The notes: generated from the sequence alone by a model not told the origin. A stretch of 62,594 nt of DNA, filler included, from an uncultured Methanoregulaceae archaeon (GCA_964530035.1; 4 parts of 4 records of this genome joined end to end with filler, not necessarily neighbours in it), one strand, 5' to 3'. Shown: positions 48,343 through 58,012, counted from the first letter of the whole stretch. Made by a program: numbers and translations.

Positions 48343-49677
48343 ATGATTCTTGTTGTTGGAGGGGGGCCTGCGGGACGGACCGCTGCAGTACACCTGGCTT
48401 CTGCAGGCCGCGAGGTTACCCTCGTTGAAGGAGGCGGCCTCGGTGGACAGTGTCTCCATCACGGGTGCATGGTCGTCTGCGCGTTGAACGACATTGCGCG
48501 CAGCCTCCATGCCTGCCGGGAGATGCAGCGTCTCGGAATCACCGATTCCGTTCCGTCTCCTGACCTCGCTACCCTCTGGGGAAGGATGAGGGAGGTCCAG
48601 GATAAAATCGAGCACGTCCTCCTCGAAGAGACCCGGTCGTCCGGTGTAACGGTTGTCAGAGGGGAGCGTGCCACGGTGAATGGTCGTTCTGTTACCCTGG
48701 GCAATGAAACCATTGTCCCGGAGTCCCTGATTATTGCTACCGGTTCCCGGCCCAGGATACCGGATATCCCCGGGACAGACCTGCCCGGGGTATTCAACGC
48801 CCATACCCTGAACAGGCTTCAGCAGGTCCCGGAAACAGTTGCCATCCTTGGATGTGGCGTTATGGCCGCTGAATGGGCTTACATATTCAAGGAGTTCGGG
48901 AGCGAGGTCCACCTTCTCTGTCGCAGCAGCTTGCTGAGAGACCTTGATCCTCACCTGAAGGTCCAGGCAGGACGTGAGCTCGATGGTGTTGCCATCCACG
49001 AGGGAACGAAAGTGCGGGAGATCCGCACGGGAAAACGTGGTATTGCAATAGTATTTAGTCAGGGTGGAGAGAACTGCGTCATAGGTGCCGATGCGGTCCT
49101 GGTAGCTGCAGGTCTTATCCCTGCAACAGAAAATATTTCCGGTATTGAAAAAGGACCGGGAGGGGAACTAAGGACAAACACGCATATGATGACCTCGGTT
49201 CAGGGGGTGTATGCCTGCGGAGACGTCACAGGCCCCCCCTGCCTGACACCTGTTGCACGGCGCCAGGGATTGATCGCTGCCGCACATATCCTCGGGGAAC
49301 CAGCGCCTGAACTACCTGCCGCCATTCCTCGTGCAATCCACCTGAAAAATGAAATTGCCTCGGCAACGCTTCCGGTTGAGAATACCATCCGTACGGGAAG
49401 TTATGCCATGCCAGGCCCTGCCGGACCTGGGACGTTCTGGTGGGTCCCATCAGGACTTACAGGCGTTGCAAAGGTCTCATTTGACACTCATACCGGAACA
49501 GTGATTGGAGTCCATGCCGGGGGGCCCTGCGCAGGTTCAATTGTCCAATACATGGCCTTCTTAATGGAAAAAGGGATTGATATCCGGGACCTTGCAAAGA
49601 TGCTGGAGGTCCATCCCTCAACCGATGGAATCTACGGACTTGCGAGGTTCTCGGCAGATAGGTGGAACAAGGATTAA
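48343..49677 (+). CDS. Pyridine nucleotide-disulfide oxidoreductase (dihydrolipoamide dehydrogenase-like)
   Basis: GGGPAG, GGQCLHHGC redox disulfide, IATGSRP, TS..GVYA.GDV, HPS. Confidence 0.85.
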   Translation: MILVVGGGPAGRTAAVHLASAGREVTLVEGGGLGGQCLHHGCMVVCALNDIARSLHACREMQRLGITDSVPSPDLATLWGRMREVQDKIEHVLLEETRSSGVTVVRGERATVNGRSVTLGNETIVPESLIIATGSRPRIPDIPGTDLPGVFNAHTLNRLQQVPETVAILGCGVMAAEWAYIFKEFGSEVHLLCRSSLLRDLDPHLKVQAGRELDGVAIHEGTKVREIRTGKRGIAIVFSQGGENCVIGADAVLVAAGLIPATENISGIEKGPGGELRTNTHMMTSVQGVYACGDVTGPPCLTPVARRQGLIAAAHILGEPAPELPAAIPRAIHLKNEIASATLPVENTIRTGSYAMPGPAGPGTFWWVPSGLTGVAKVSFDTHTGTVIGVHAGGPCAGSIVQYMAFLMEKGIDIRDLAKMLEVHPSTDGIYGLARFSADRWNKD

Positions 49678-49681
49678 CGGG

Positions 49682-50164
49682 TCAGGGAGATGGCGTGATA
49701 ATCTGTTCCAGGCTGCTCCTGACCTTTTTTGCAACATGGCCTTTCACCATCACCCTCCGCCATACCGCCAATACATCGCCCTCCGGCCCGATAATAAAGG
49801 TGCTACGGTCAATTCCCATGTATTCCCTGCCATACATTTTTTTCCCAACCCACGAGCCAAATTCTTCAGCAACAATGTGGGACGAGTCTGATAAAAGGCG
49901 GATCTTCAGGCCCTTTTTATCAATAAACTGTTTATGACTTATCTGGGAATCAGGGCTTATCCCCAGGACCTGAACCCCTAAAGTAGAAAAATAATCTGCT
50001 ATCTCTGAAAAATCCCGTGCTTCAGCGGTGCAACCAGATGAATTATCCTTTGGATAGAAATAGATGACAGAATAGGATCCACGTAGATCCCTGGTACATA
50101 CTTCGGTTCCGTCCTGGTCCTGGAGGCAGAACTCTGGAACCTTTGTCCCAATTTCAACAGGCAT
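49682..50164 (-). CDS. bcp: Peroxiredoxin Bcp/PrxQ (1-Cys type)
   Basis: YFYPKDN.SGCT.EA, GISPD, LLSD, RSTFII, V.VKGH. Confidence 0.9.
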   Translation of the reverse strand: MPVEIGTKVPEFCLQDQDGTEVCTRDLRGSYSVIYFYPKDNSSGCTAEARDFSEIADYFSTLGVQVLGISPDSQISHKQFIDKKGLKIRLLSDSSHIVAEEFGSWVGKKMYGREYMGIDRSTFIIGPEGDVLAVWRRVMVKGHVAKKVRSSLEQIITPSP

Positions 50165-50574
50165 AGTGATCGTATCCATCAGGGGTTTTCCTTTGAAAGA
50201 CAATAATGGTAAAGAATCTTCCCTTACCCGTCTGGTCACCCGGTACCGGAAATCCGGTGATGGCACGACGTGGCAGGCACTTTATGCAAATATGGCAACC
50301 ATGAAGCGTTATTCCTGCTTTATCGCTGCAGAACCGACCACCATGGTCAATGTGAACCTCCAGGAATAATCATGACGAGCGGAGTCCCTGGGAAGAACAT
50401 CATCGTGATTCGAAAAATCAGAAGAAAGCAACCGGCGCCAAAAGGTTTCCCAGAAGAGTATTTGACCTTCCCTGCGAGTACAGATAGTTTTTTCCCCCCA
50501 GTTTTCATAAAAATGGTCACTTTGCAGTATGAATCAATATGTCGTTTGAAAACCAGGCGGAATGGAAAACTACC

Positions 50575-51057
50575 ATGATATCGGTATCCATAATCTGTGC
50601 CGGGAAGGCTAAGGAGGCGTTCATCAAATCCGGTATCCGGGAGTATCAAAAACGCCTCTCCCCCTATGTGAATCTTACAATTGAAGAGGTTGCGGACGAA
50701 CGTATCCCTGAAAAAGCCTCTCGTCTGGTCATTGACGATTACCGGATACGTGAAGGGACGCGTCTCCTCGGAAAGGTTGCAAAGGACTCTGAGCTGGTTG
50801 TCCTTGACCCGCAGGGAGAGATGTGGTCCAGTGAAGACCTCGCAGGTTACCTGCACAGGTGTACCCTTTCCGGCAGGTCGCGTGTCTCGTTTCTTATCGG
50901 GGGGGTTTATGGTCACTCTCCTGAGGTCAGGGAGAATGCAGGAGAAATTATTTCGTTTTCAAGGATGACCTTCAACCACCAGATAATTCGGTTGATGCTC
51001 CTTGAACAGCTATTCCGGGCATCTCGGATAAACAGAAACGAGCCGTATCACCGTTGA
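50575..51057 (+). CDS. rlmH: 23S rRNA (pseudouridine1915-N3)-methyltransferase RlmH (SPOUT)
   Basis: GK.KE.F...GI.EY.KRL, LD..G...SSE.LA, F.IGG..G, SFS.MTF.HQ..RL.LLEQ..RA..I...EPYH. Confidence 0.92.
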   Translation: MISVSIICAGKAKEAFIKSGIREYQKRLSPYVNLTIEEVADERIPEKASRLVIDDYRIREGTRLLGKVAKDSELVVLDPQGEMWSSEDLAGYLHRCTLSGRSRVSFLIGGVYGHSPEVRENAGEIISFSRMTFNHQIIRLMLLEQLFRASRINRNEPYHR

Positions 51058-52745
51058 ACCGGGGCCTCGAGGCCCCTGTACATACCTTTTTTAAACGATA
51101 TCTCGAATTTTGCGCCTTTTCCGAAAATACCGGTTTCCTTAATGGAGATTCCCGTGATAGACATGATCTCCCTCGCCAGGAACAGGTCATAGGTATGTTT
51201 TCCACCCAACGCCCTGTCAAATATATCTTCTTTTTCAACATCGGGTATTCCCGACCCGTCGTCCTCAATAAGGACCGTAAGCACATCACCGCTATCCTTT
51301 GAACTGACACGGATCTGTGACAATGACCCATCCTGGTGGAGAGAGTGTTCGATGATGTTTACTATGGCCTTTCCGAGGAGCGGGTCAGCATACACCTCAT
51401 TGGCACTTAGGTCCAACAAAATGGATACTTTTTCTGGCCGTATTCCATTCAGCGAGGTTTTCACAAGCTCATCGATCCGTTGCCATTCGGGAGGGACTAC
51501 GCCGATGTTCTGGAAATCCCGTGTAAACGTGATCTGGGTCTGTATTACCCCTGCGGACTCCTCCGCCTTTGAAACAAAACCGTTAGCAACAGGATCTGTA
51601 ATCACATCCCGTGCCATCTTAAGATAACCAAGGACGATAGTGAGCTGGTTGAGGATGTCATGACGTGTGAAACTTGAAAGGAGGTTGAGTTTCCGGTTGG
51701 CCTGCCGTAAAGCTTCGTCAGCCCTCTTCCGTTCCGTAATATCCATGATAACCCCAATGAAACCTATGGAGAGGCCGGTGTGGTCCTTGACAGGCCCGGT
51801 AATGAATTCTCCGGGAAATGCAGTCCGGTCTTTTTTGATAAAGGAGAATTCTGTTTCCCGCGCTATCTCCTCCTCTCCTGCCCTGGAGAAAATTCCAAGA
51901 AGGTTGTCGTGGTCGTCATTGACGACCAGCTGGAGCATGTTTTTCCCTATGAGCTCGTTTACCGAGCTGTACCCGAACAACGTCACTGCCTTCGGGTTGG
52001 CCATCATGATGGCGTAATTGATATCACAGAAAAAAATACCGTTCGGTGAAGCTTCAACCAGGGTCCTGTACCGCTCCTCGCTTTTTATAAGCGCGGTCTT
52101 CGCCCGCTTATGGTCCTCGATCTCCCTCTGGAGTTTTTCATTCGTGACCTGTAATTCGGCAGTACGCTCCTCGACCAGTTGTTCAAGGTGGTGCTGGTAT
52201 TTTTTCAGTTCGGTAATATCTTCGAAAAAGATGACAACACCCTTGTCACCATCATCAAATACCGAAGGGACCAGCTTGACCTTGAAAAAAAACTCTTGAT
52301 CTCCATTCCGGACATTCTTTTCAAATACCTGCTCCTGACCTTCAACTGCTTCGTGAATCTTGTTGGGGGGAATGAGGATATCGAGTGCATTCAAAGGAGT
52401 AAAATCAATTTTGTGGCCGATTAAATCATTTTTGGAGACAGAAAAAACTTCGTTGAACCGGTCATTGACCTGCTTGATAAATAATTCCTTGTCCAGTACG
52501 AGGATGGGATCAGAAGTAAGGGAGATCATCTGGGACAGGGGTACCCGGTGTGATATAGTGAACACTTTCGCCCGGCCATAGGTACGCATTTCGGCCTGGC
52601 CTGATATAAGAAGGGTGTTAAGATACTTGGCCGTGGAGGTCCGGTTCAGTGGAATTCGCTTGGAGAGTTCCTCTATAGTCAGACCTCGCGGATTGGACTT
52701 TAGGATGGCCTTTATTTTTGCAAGCTCATTAGCCTCGCTGGGCAT
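51048..52745 (-). CDS. wHTH-PAS-PAS histidine kinase-like protein (degenerate ATPase lid)
   Basis: N-terminal HTH (PRGLTI.ELS....NR.S.AKYL..L...G), two PAS domains, coiled coil LEQLVEERT, H-box TRHDILNQL, EDDG.GI, GA.FEI. Confidence 0.88.
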   Translation of the reverse strand: MPSEANELAKIKAILKSNPRGLTIEELSKRIPLNRTSTAKYLNTLLISGQAEMRTYGRAKVFTISHRVPLSQMISLTSDPILVLDKELFIKQVNDRFNEVFSVSKNDLIGHKIDFTPLNALDILIPPNKIHEAVEGQEQVFEKNVRNGDQEFFFKVKLVPSVFDDGDKGVVIFFEDITELKKYQHHLEQLVEERTAELQVTNEKLQREIEDHKRAKTALIKSEERYRTLVEASPNGIFFCDINYAIMMANPKAVTLFGYSSVNELIGKNMLQLVVNDDHDNLLGIFSRAGEEEIARETEFSFIKKDRTAFPGEFITGPVKDHTGLSIGFIGVIMDITERKRADEALRQANRKLNLLSSFTRHDILNQLTIVLGYLKMARDVITDPVANGFVSKAEESAGVIQTQITFTRDFQNIGVVPPEWQRIDELVKTSLNGIRPEKVSILLDLSANEVYADPLLGKAIVNIIEHSLHQDGSLSQIRVSSKDSGDVLTVLIEDDGSGIPDVEKEDIFDRALGGKHTYDLFLAREIMSITGISIKETGIFGKGAKFEISFKKGMYRGLEAPVQR

Positions 52746-52863
52746 GTATCCTCCTCTTCTGTTGATAGAATATGACTGTACCTCCTATCAATGAATGAGG
52801 ATGACAGTCTGATAATGCTATTCATGTTCATGAAGCAATGATGATAACAATGTCATCTTGCAA

Positions 52864-53655
52864 TTAAAAATTTATGATACCTCCTCGGGTTATATCATGC
52901 CATTGGTTGAGACGGATGATGACTGCCAGGATACCCCCTGATTTCCATACCGGGTACATGCGGACATGATAGGGGACTGCCACATTTCTTTCCCCCTGGA
53001 AAAAAGGCTTTGAAAACGAAAGCACCGGATTCCCCGATGACTGGTGATGGTTTTCAAGGGATTCAAAAAAAGCCTGGGGAAAAGCTGTTGCCCCTTTGTT
53101 ATCTGTCAGCTCGAGGACAGCGGAAACGGGCTTCATCAATGCGTGTTCAAGGGACATTCGTGATAAGGTTTCATAGGCAGGGTTCGCATACAGGATAAAA
53201 CCGCGGGCGGAGGTGACGACGATTGGGTCGGTACTGTCGAGGAGACGACCGATGTCATCCCTTAATGAACCGATGGCGGGATTTTTTGCAGACTGCAGGG
53301 CAATTTCAATGGATGCAAGAAGGCTCTTGTCAGTGAATGGTTTCAGGATGTAGCCAAATGTACCAGACATCTTCGCTCGTTCGATCGTTGCCTCCTCATA
53401 GTGGGATGTTACGAATATTACCGGGATCCCGAATACATGAAAAAGATAGTCAGCGGCGTCGATCCCATCAATAACTCCCCCAAGTTCGATGTCCATCAGG
53501 ACAATATCGGGTTTTTTCCTCACCGCTTCGATTATTCCTATTTCTCCATTTTTCGAGCGATGGACTACATTATATGATAGTCCCGTCAGGGTACGGAACA
53601 TCAGCTCGGAGATAATCGGGTTGTCCTCGACAATTCCAATGCGTGTCCCGGGCAT
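52864..53655 (-). CDS. Response regulator (REC-PAS)
   Basis: IVEDN, PDIVLMDI.L...DGI, IPVIFVT, GYILKPF; PAS ILYANPA. Confidence 0.88.
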   Translation of the reverse strand: MPGTRIGIVEDNPIISELMFRTLTGLSYNVVHRSKNGEIGIIEAVRKKPDIVLMDIELGGVIDGIDAADYLFHVFGIPVIFVTSHYEEATIERAKMSGTFGYILKPFTDKSLLASIEIALQSAKNPAIGSLRDDIGRLLDSTDPIVVTSARGFILYANPAYETLSRMSLEHALMKPVSAVLELTDNKGATAFPQAFFESLENHHQSSGNPVLSFSKPFFQGERNVAVPYHVRMYPVWKSGGILAVIIRLNQWHDITRGGIINF

Positions 53656-53736
53656 CCTTAATCACCAGTTCTCTTTAGCACCCTGTACCATGGAGCGTGA
53701 CTCCTGCCAGATACCCCTTCTCCATGGAATCTTTGT

Positions 53737-55758
53737 TCATACGGTAATGGGGTGAATGTGGACAATACAGGAGCTGACCTGACCATCCCGGTTGACCGGA
53801 AGAATTTCCAGTGAAGCCGGGAACTGTGATCCGTCTCTGCGGAGACATAGGTATTCTCCAATCCTCCCCAGTCCGCCGAAACTCTCCCTGACCTGTTCAG
53901 CCAGCCTTTGCCGGTCAAACGCACCCACCGCATTTACGAGAGGTATCCCCACCAGCTCACCCGGCCCGGGATACCCGAGCATGTTTGAGGCTGATGTGCT
54001 CGCAACAGTGATAATCCCTGATTGTGCGCATATGACCGAGGCTACCGGCAACAACCCCAGGACTATCTCAAGGAGGGCGTGTTCACGCTCACTCCCTCGG
54101 CCTATATCAGGAGATTTGGGGAGGATTGACACATAAACTGCGTAGACACCACGGATTACAGTATATCCTGCCGATACAACCTCATTATTTGTGGAAGGAA
54201 TTGACAGGGTCCCCGTTCGGGTGGCCCCGTCCCTCATTGTGAGCGTAACGGCCTGTACAAGCTCATTCATGTCTGGATCATCCAGCAGCCTCGCAGGCTG
54301 ACCCAGAGAGGTCGTACTGATGAACTCTTCCATCGGGGAATTAACCCGGATATTCCCCCACCGGGGCTGAAAACGGTTGTTCCCACCTGCATCGGTACCT
54401 TCAGCCATAACTCCTGCCTTCCGGGATTCCAGCCGAACCTCCCCGATTTCCATAAGAGGCACAGGTATACTCTCAAAAAGAGCTGCCAGGGATTTTTGAT
54501 GCTGTTGAAGACTTTCCGTTGCCTCTATCCATTCGGCGAGATCTGCAAGGATGACTGAAAGCGCCCGGAGGTCTCCATTTTCATACACCGGCCGTACCGC
54601 AATTCTCGCAGGTCTGATCACACCGTCTCTCGTCTTGATCCTGATATCATGCGGTTTTACATCTCCCGCCTGCGCTCTGTTGAGGAAACGGGATATGTCC
54701 TCATGGTCATCAGGCGGTATCAGATGGTGGAACGGGGTCCCAAGGAGTTCATTTTCACGATATCCGAACAGTTCTCCGGAAAGAGAGCGGATACAGGTGA
54801 TGGTTCCTGAGGGAGAAAGAGTGAGCACTATTCCGGTAAGACCTGCAGACAATGCTTTATAGCGCTCCTTTTCCTGGAGGATGTGATCTTTTTCGATCAT
54901 GAGGCCCGCAATATCTTTCTCCAGTGAGAATATTGCATTATTACTGGACTCGAGCAGGTCCCCGATCCTTCTGCGGGATTCCAGATGCTCTGTAATGTCA
55001 AGGATGCTCTCAACGAGGTACTTCTTTCCCCCATAGGCGAGCGGTGCAACTATTTTATGGATGGGCACCCTGGTCCCTGCTGATGTGAGAAGGTAGCACT
55101 CCGAACTGTCGATGGGCTGCTGAAGGTCGGTTATCGGGCATTTTCCAACCTCTGAAGGGCATATGAAAGTCTGGCACCCCTGCCCCACGATCCTGTCACG
55201 GGGAAGCCCGATGAGTGCTGCGAGGGAAGGGTTGACGTCAACGATCCGGTGGTCATCAGGGTCGATAATGACAATACCGGTTTGAATTGTGTTGAAAACC
55301 GTCCGGTACAGTGTTTCCGACCACTCATACCGGGTTTCTGCATCGGCTTTTTCAAGGCTGAGCTGTCGTTTTGAGAGGGCTTCTGTAACTGCGTGCGGTA
55401 ACCGGGTCAGGTTATCCTTCATAATATAATCGGCAGCGCCGTCACGTACCGAAATGGCCGCGGTCTCCTCGGTCACAGCGCCGGTGACAATAATAAACGG
55501 GACACCGGGGGCACATTCCTTGGCTATCCGGAGGGCTTCCGGGGCTTGAAACAGGGGAAGAGAATAATCAGACAAAATAATGTCCGGAGATTCCCGCAAA
55601 AGCCTGCGATACTCCTCTTCATTCGATGCCCGGAGGATCTCGGCATTGATGCCAGCCTTTTTCAGCGTGTGCTCCATGAGCTCGGCATCGGTGTCACGGT
55701 CTTCGAGTAGAAGAATCCGGATATTCTGGTCAGTTTCCTGAGTGATCCCGAGGCTCAT
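53737..55758 (-). CDS. Response regulator with multiple PAS domains
   Basis: LLLED...DAEL, PDIILSDY.LP, PFIIVTG, GA.DYI.K; at least 3 PAS domains; no output enzyme domain. Confidence 0.88.
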   Translation of the reverse strand: MSLGITQETDQNIRILLLEDRDTDAELMEHTLKKAGINAEILRASNEEEYRRLLRESPDIILSDYSLPLFQAPEALRIAKECAPGVPFIIVTGAVTEETAAISVRDGAADYIMKDNLTRLPHAVTEALSKRQLSLEKADAETRYEWSETLYRTVFNTIQTGIVIIDPDDHRIVDVNPSLAALIGLPRDRIVGQGCQTFICPSEVGKCPITDLQQPIDSSECYLLTSAGTRVPIHKIVAPLAYGGKKYLVESILDITEHLESRRRIGDLLESSNNAIFSLEKDIAGLMIEKDHILQEKERYKALSAGLTGIVLTLSPSGTITCIRSLSGELFGYRENELLGTPFHHLIPPDDHEDISRFLNRAQAGDVKPHDIRIKTRDGVIRPARIAVRPVYENGDLRALSVILADLAEWIEATESLQQHQKSLAALFESIPVPLMEIGEVRLESRKAGVMAEGTDAGGNNRFQPRWGNIRVNSPMEEFISTTSLGQPARLLDDPDMNELVQAVTLTMRDGATRTGTLSIPSTNNEVVSAGYTVIRGVYAVYVSILPKSPDIGRGSEREHALLEIVLGLLPVASVICAQSGIITVASTSASNMLGYPGPGELVGIPLVNAVGAFDRQRLAEQVRESFGGLGRIGEYLCLRRDGSQFPASLEILPVNRDGQVSSCIVHIHPITV

Positions 55759-55765
55759 TCCTCAG

Positions 55766-56218
55766 TCATTTCTCCTTTTCATAGGGGGGCTGGTTCAGAA
55801 GAAGCCAATACTGACACAGTTGCTGCACAACGTGCTCAAACCAGTCAAAGTCAACAGGTTTGACGATATAGCTGTTGACATAGAGGTTCTGACTTTCAAC
55901 AATATCCCGTTCCTCGCGTGAGGAGGTTAACACCACGACCGGGATAGCCCGGGTCCGCTCCTCTCCTTTTATCCTGCGCAATACTTCAATCCCTTCCACT
56001 TTCGGAAGTTTCAAATCGAGGAAAATGACCTTGGGTTTCTGATCAAGGTTCCGCCCTGCAAAACCGCCATTTCCAAATATATAATCCAATGCCTCCTCCC
56101 CATCACGAAGGACCTGAATATGGTCGCCCAGGTAATACTTCCTGAATACATGAAGCATCAGCTCCACATCATTGGGGTTATCTTCGATAAGGAGTATCTC
56201 AGCGTAGCTATCCTTCAT
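55766..56218 (-). CDS. Stand-alone receiver (Rcp1-like)
   Basis: ILLIEDNPND, DGEEALDY, IFLDLKLPKV.G, IPVVVLTSS, NSYIVKPVDF, YW. Confidence 0.92.
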   Translation of the reverse strand: MKDSYAEILLIEDNPNDVELMLHVFRKYYLGDHIQVLRDGEEALDYIFGNGGFAGRNLDQKPKVIFLDLKLPKVEGIEVLRRIKGEERTRAIPVVVLTSSREERDIVESQNLYVNSYIVKPVDFDWFEHVVQQLCQYWLLLNQPPYEKEK

Positions 56219-56489
56219 TCCTACTCACCTTCCTCTCTCATGGATGCTAAAAAAATGTTGCGATTACATTATTCATAAAAAATGAAATTATTGACAGGTT
56301 TTTGTTATGAATATATCATTCATTGTCAGGTTGCATTGATAGGTAATATATTGGGTTGTTATTGCCAGATGAGGACGTGGTTTACAAATAAATACTATTT
56401 CTTCAATTAATTTTAATATTGAGCCCGATAATGTAGAGGATGTATAATACCGGGACTGGGATTACATTATTTCCGGCAGGGGGAGTATC

Positions 56490-57668
56490 ATGGCAAACGG
56501 TCAGGGGGTGGATATACCCCTAGAGGCTTCTGCAACGGTTGATTCTTCGCAAAAGGTAGATGTTTCTGACAGGGTACAGACGATTGCGAAGATCATCGAG
56601 AGGTTACAGGCAGGGACACAGGAGGTCACACCCGGATTATCCCTGACAAACCGCGAGAGGCTCGTGGCCGCTATTTCGGATTTCCAGGACATCTGGGTCT
56701 GGGAAGTGAACCGGCAGGGGATCATTGAATACTCAAATGATGGATCATTTGCCATAACCGGAATTTCCGGGCGTGCCATGGTCGGAAAGAAGCTTGCCGA
56801 GTTCGTTGCTGCCGATCCGAAAAACATCGACTCTCCTTCGATGGTTTTTTCAGGATTTTCAGTCCGGCAGGGAATTGAATGGCAGATCATACGGGAGAAT
56901 GGTACGGTTTCTCACATCCTGTCGTCAATTTCCCCAATCTATTATGAAAACCAGGACATCTACGGTTATTGTGGCATATCGCGGGACATATCATCATACC
57001 GGGACTCGATTAACGCTCTCAGAGAAACGATCAGGATACTCCAGCAGGTAACAAAAATATCACGGCATGATGCCCTTAACCACCTGACAGTCATCCTTGG
57101 TTATCTCCACCTTTCCGGGGAGTATGTAAAGGATCCGATCCTGTCAGAATTCATACAAAAAGAGCGTGCCGCGGCTGAATCTATCCAGCACATCCTTACC
57201 GGCAGCCGCGATTTCTACACGATGGGCCTTTTCGCCCCGTCATGGTTCGACCTTGAAGAGGTCATCGCAAAAGCTTCCCGTGACCCTGCGTCAGGGCAGG
57301 TTGAAGTCAGGTCTTCCATCAAAGGTGTCAGGATTTATGCAGACTCCCTCCTTGAGAAAGCATTCACCTCCCTCTTTTCATTCATTTCTTCGCAGCCGGT
57401 TTTCGGTCCGGTTATCCGGATAGACATGATGGAATCCACCGGGATGCTGGTCATAAGGTGTGAGGATACGACCCCGGGAACCCCTATTTCGGAAAAGAAC
57501 CTGATTTTTGAGTACGGGTATGGTGGCAGTAAAAGTCCTGGACTCTTTTTCACCCGGAGAATCCTTGCATTGACCGGGATTACCATACGGGAAACGGGAG
57601 AACCAGGACAAGGTGGCATCTTTGAAATTTTTGTCCCGGCACCTGGTTACCGTTCGGAAACCCTCTGA
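56490..57668 (+). CDS. PAS histidine kinase-like protein (degenerate HATPase)
   Basis: PAS with G.SRDI; H-box SRHDALNHL; C-terminal GITIRETG.PG.G..FEI; N and G1 boxes altered. Confidence 0.82.
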   Translation: MANGQGVDIPLEASATVDSSQKVDVSDRVQTIAKIIERLQAGTQEVTPGLSLTNRERLVAAISDFQDIWVWEVNRQGIIEYSNDGSFAITGISGRAMVGKKLAEFVAADPKNIDSPSMVFSGFSVRQGIEWQIIRENGTVSHILSSISPIYYENQDIYGYCGISRDISSYRDSINALRETIRILQQVTKISRHDALNHLTVILGYLHLSGEYVKDPILSEFIQKERAAAESIQHILTGSRDFYTMGLFAPSWFDLEEVIAKASRDPASGQVEVRSSIKGVRIYADSLLEKAFTSLFSFISSQPVFGPVIRIDMMESTGMLVIRCEDTTPGTPISEKNLIFEYGYGGSKSPGLFFTRRILALTGITIRETGEPGQGGIFEIFVPAPGYRSETL

Positions 57669-57807
57669 ACCTTTTTTAAATTCCCTGACGGGAGGGATCT
57701 TCAGAAATGCTTGCTGAAATCCAGGTATGTATCGGACATCCTTTCCTGGCGCGGTTATGAAACGACGGCTTGAATATGAAATACCCGGCCAGGATAAAAC
57801 AGAAAAA

Positions 57808-57917
57808 TGCTGCGGGTGGGATCCGAACCCACGATCTCCAGATATCCCAGATGATGGCGCTTCGAAGTGCTCAAAACCCTATGAGTCTGGCGCCCTAACC
57901 AGCTAGGCCACCGCAGC
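57808..57917 (-). tRNA. tRNA-Met (CAT, elongator type) with a 36-nt intron at position 37/38 (57844-57879)
   Basis: Acceptor GCTGCGG/CCGCAGC-A, D-arm TGGCCTAGCTGGTTAGGGC, anticodon arm CCAGA-CTCATA^A-TCTGG, T-arm GTGGGTTCGGATCCCAC; BHB-compatible intron ends; no encoded CCA. Confidence 0.93.
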
Positions 57918-58012
57918 CCAAATGTGCATATAACTGGTGATTGGGACCGAGATAAAGGTTCTCTTTCCTAAAACACCAAGTGGAGAAAAATGATGATGGA
58001 AAAAAACCACGA

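Noticed and set aside
50270..50578. 102-aa ORF between bcp and rlmH
   Set aside because: No SD or recognisable motif, and several weak overlapping frames; cannot be supported
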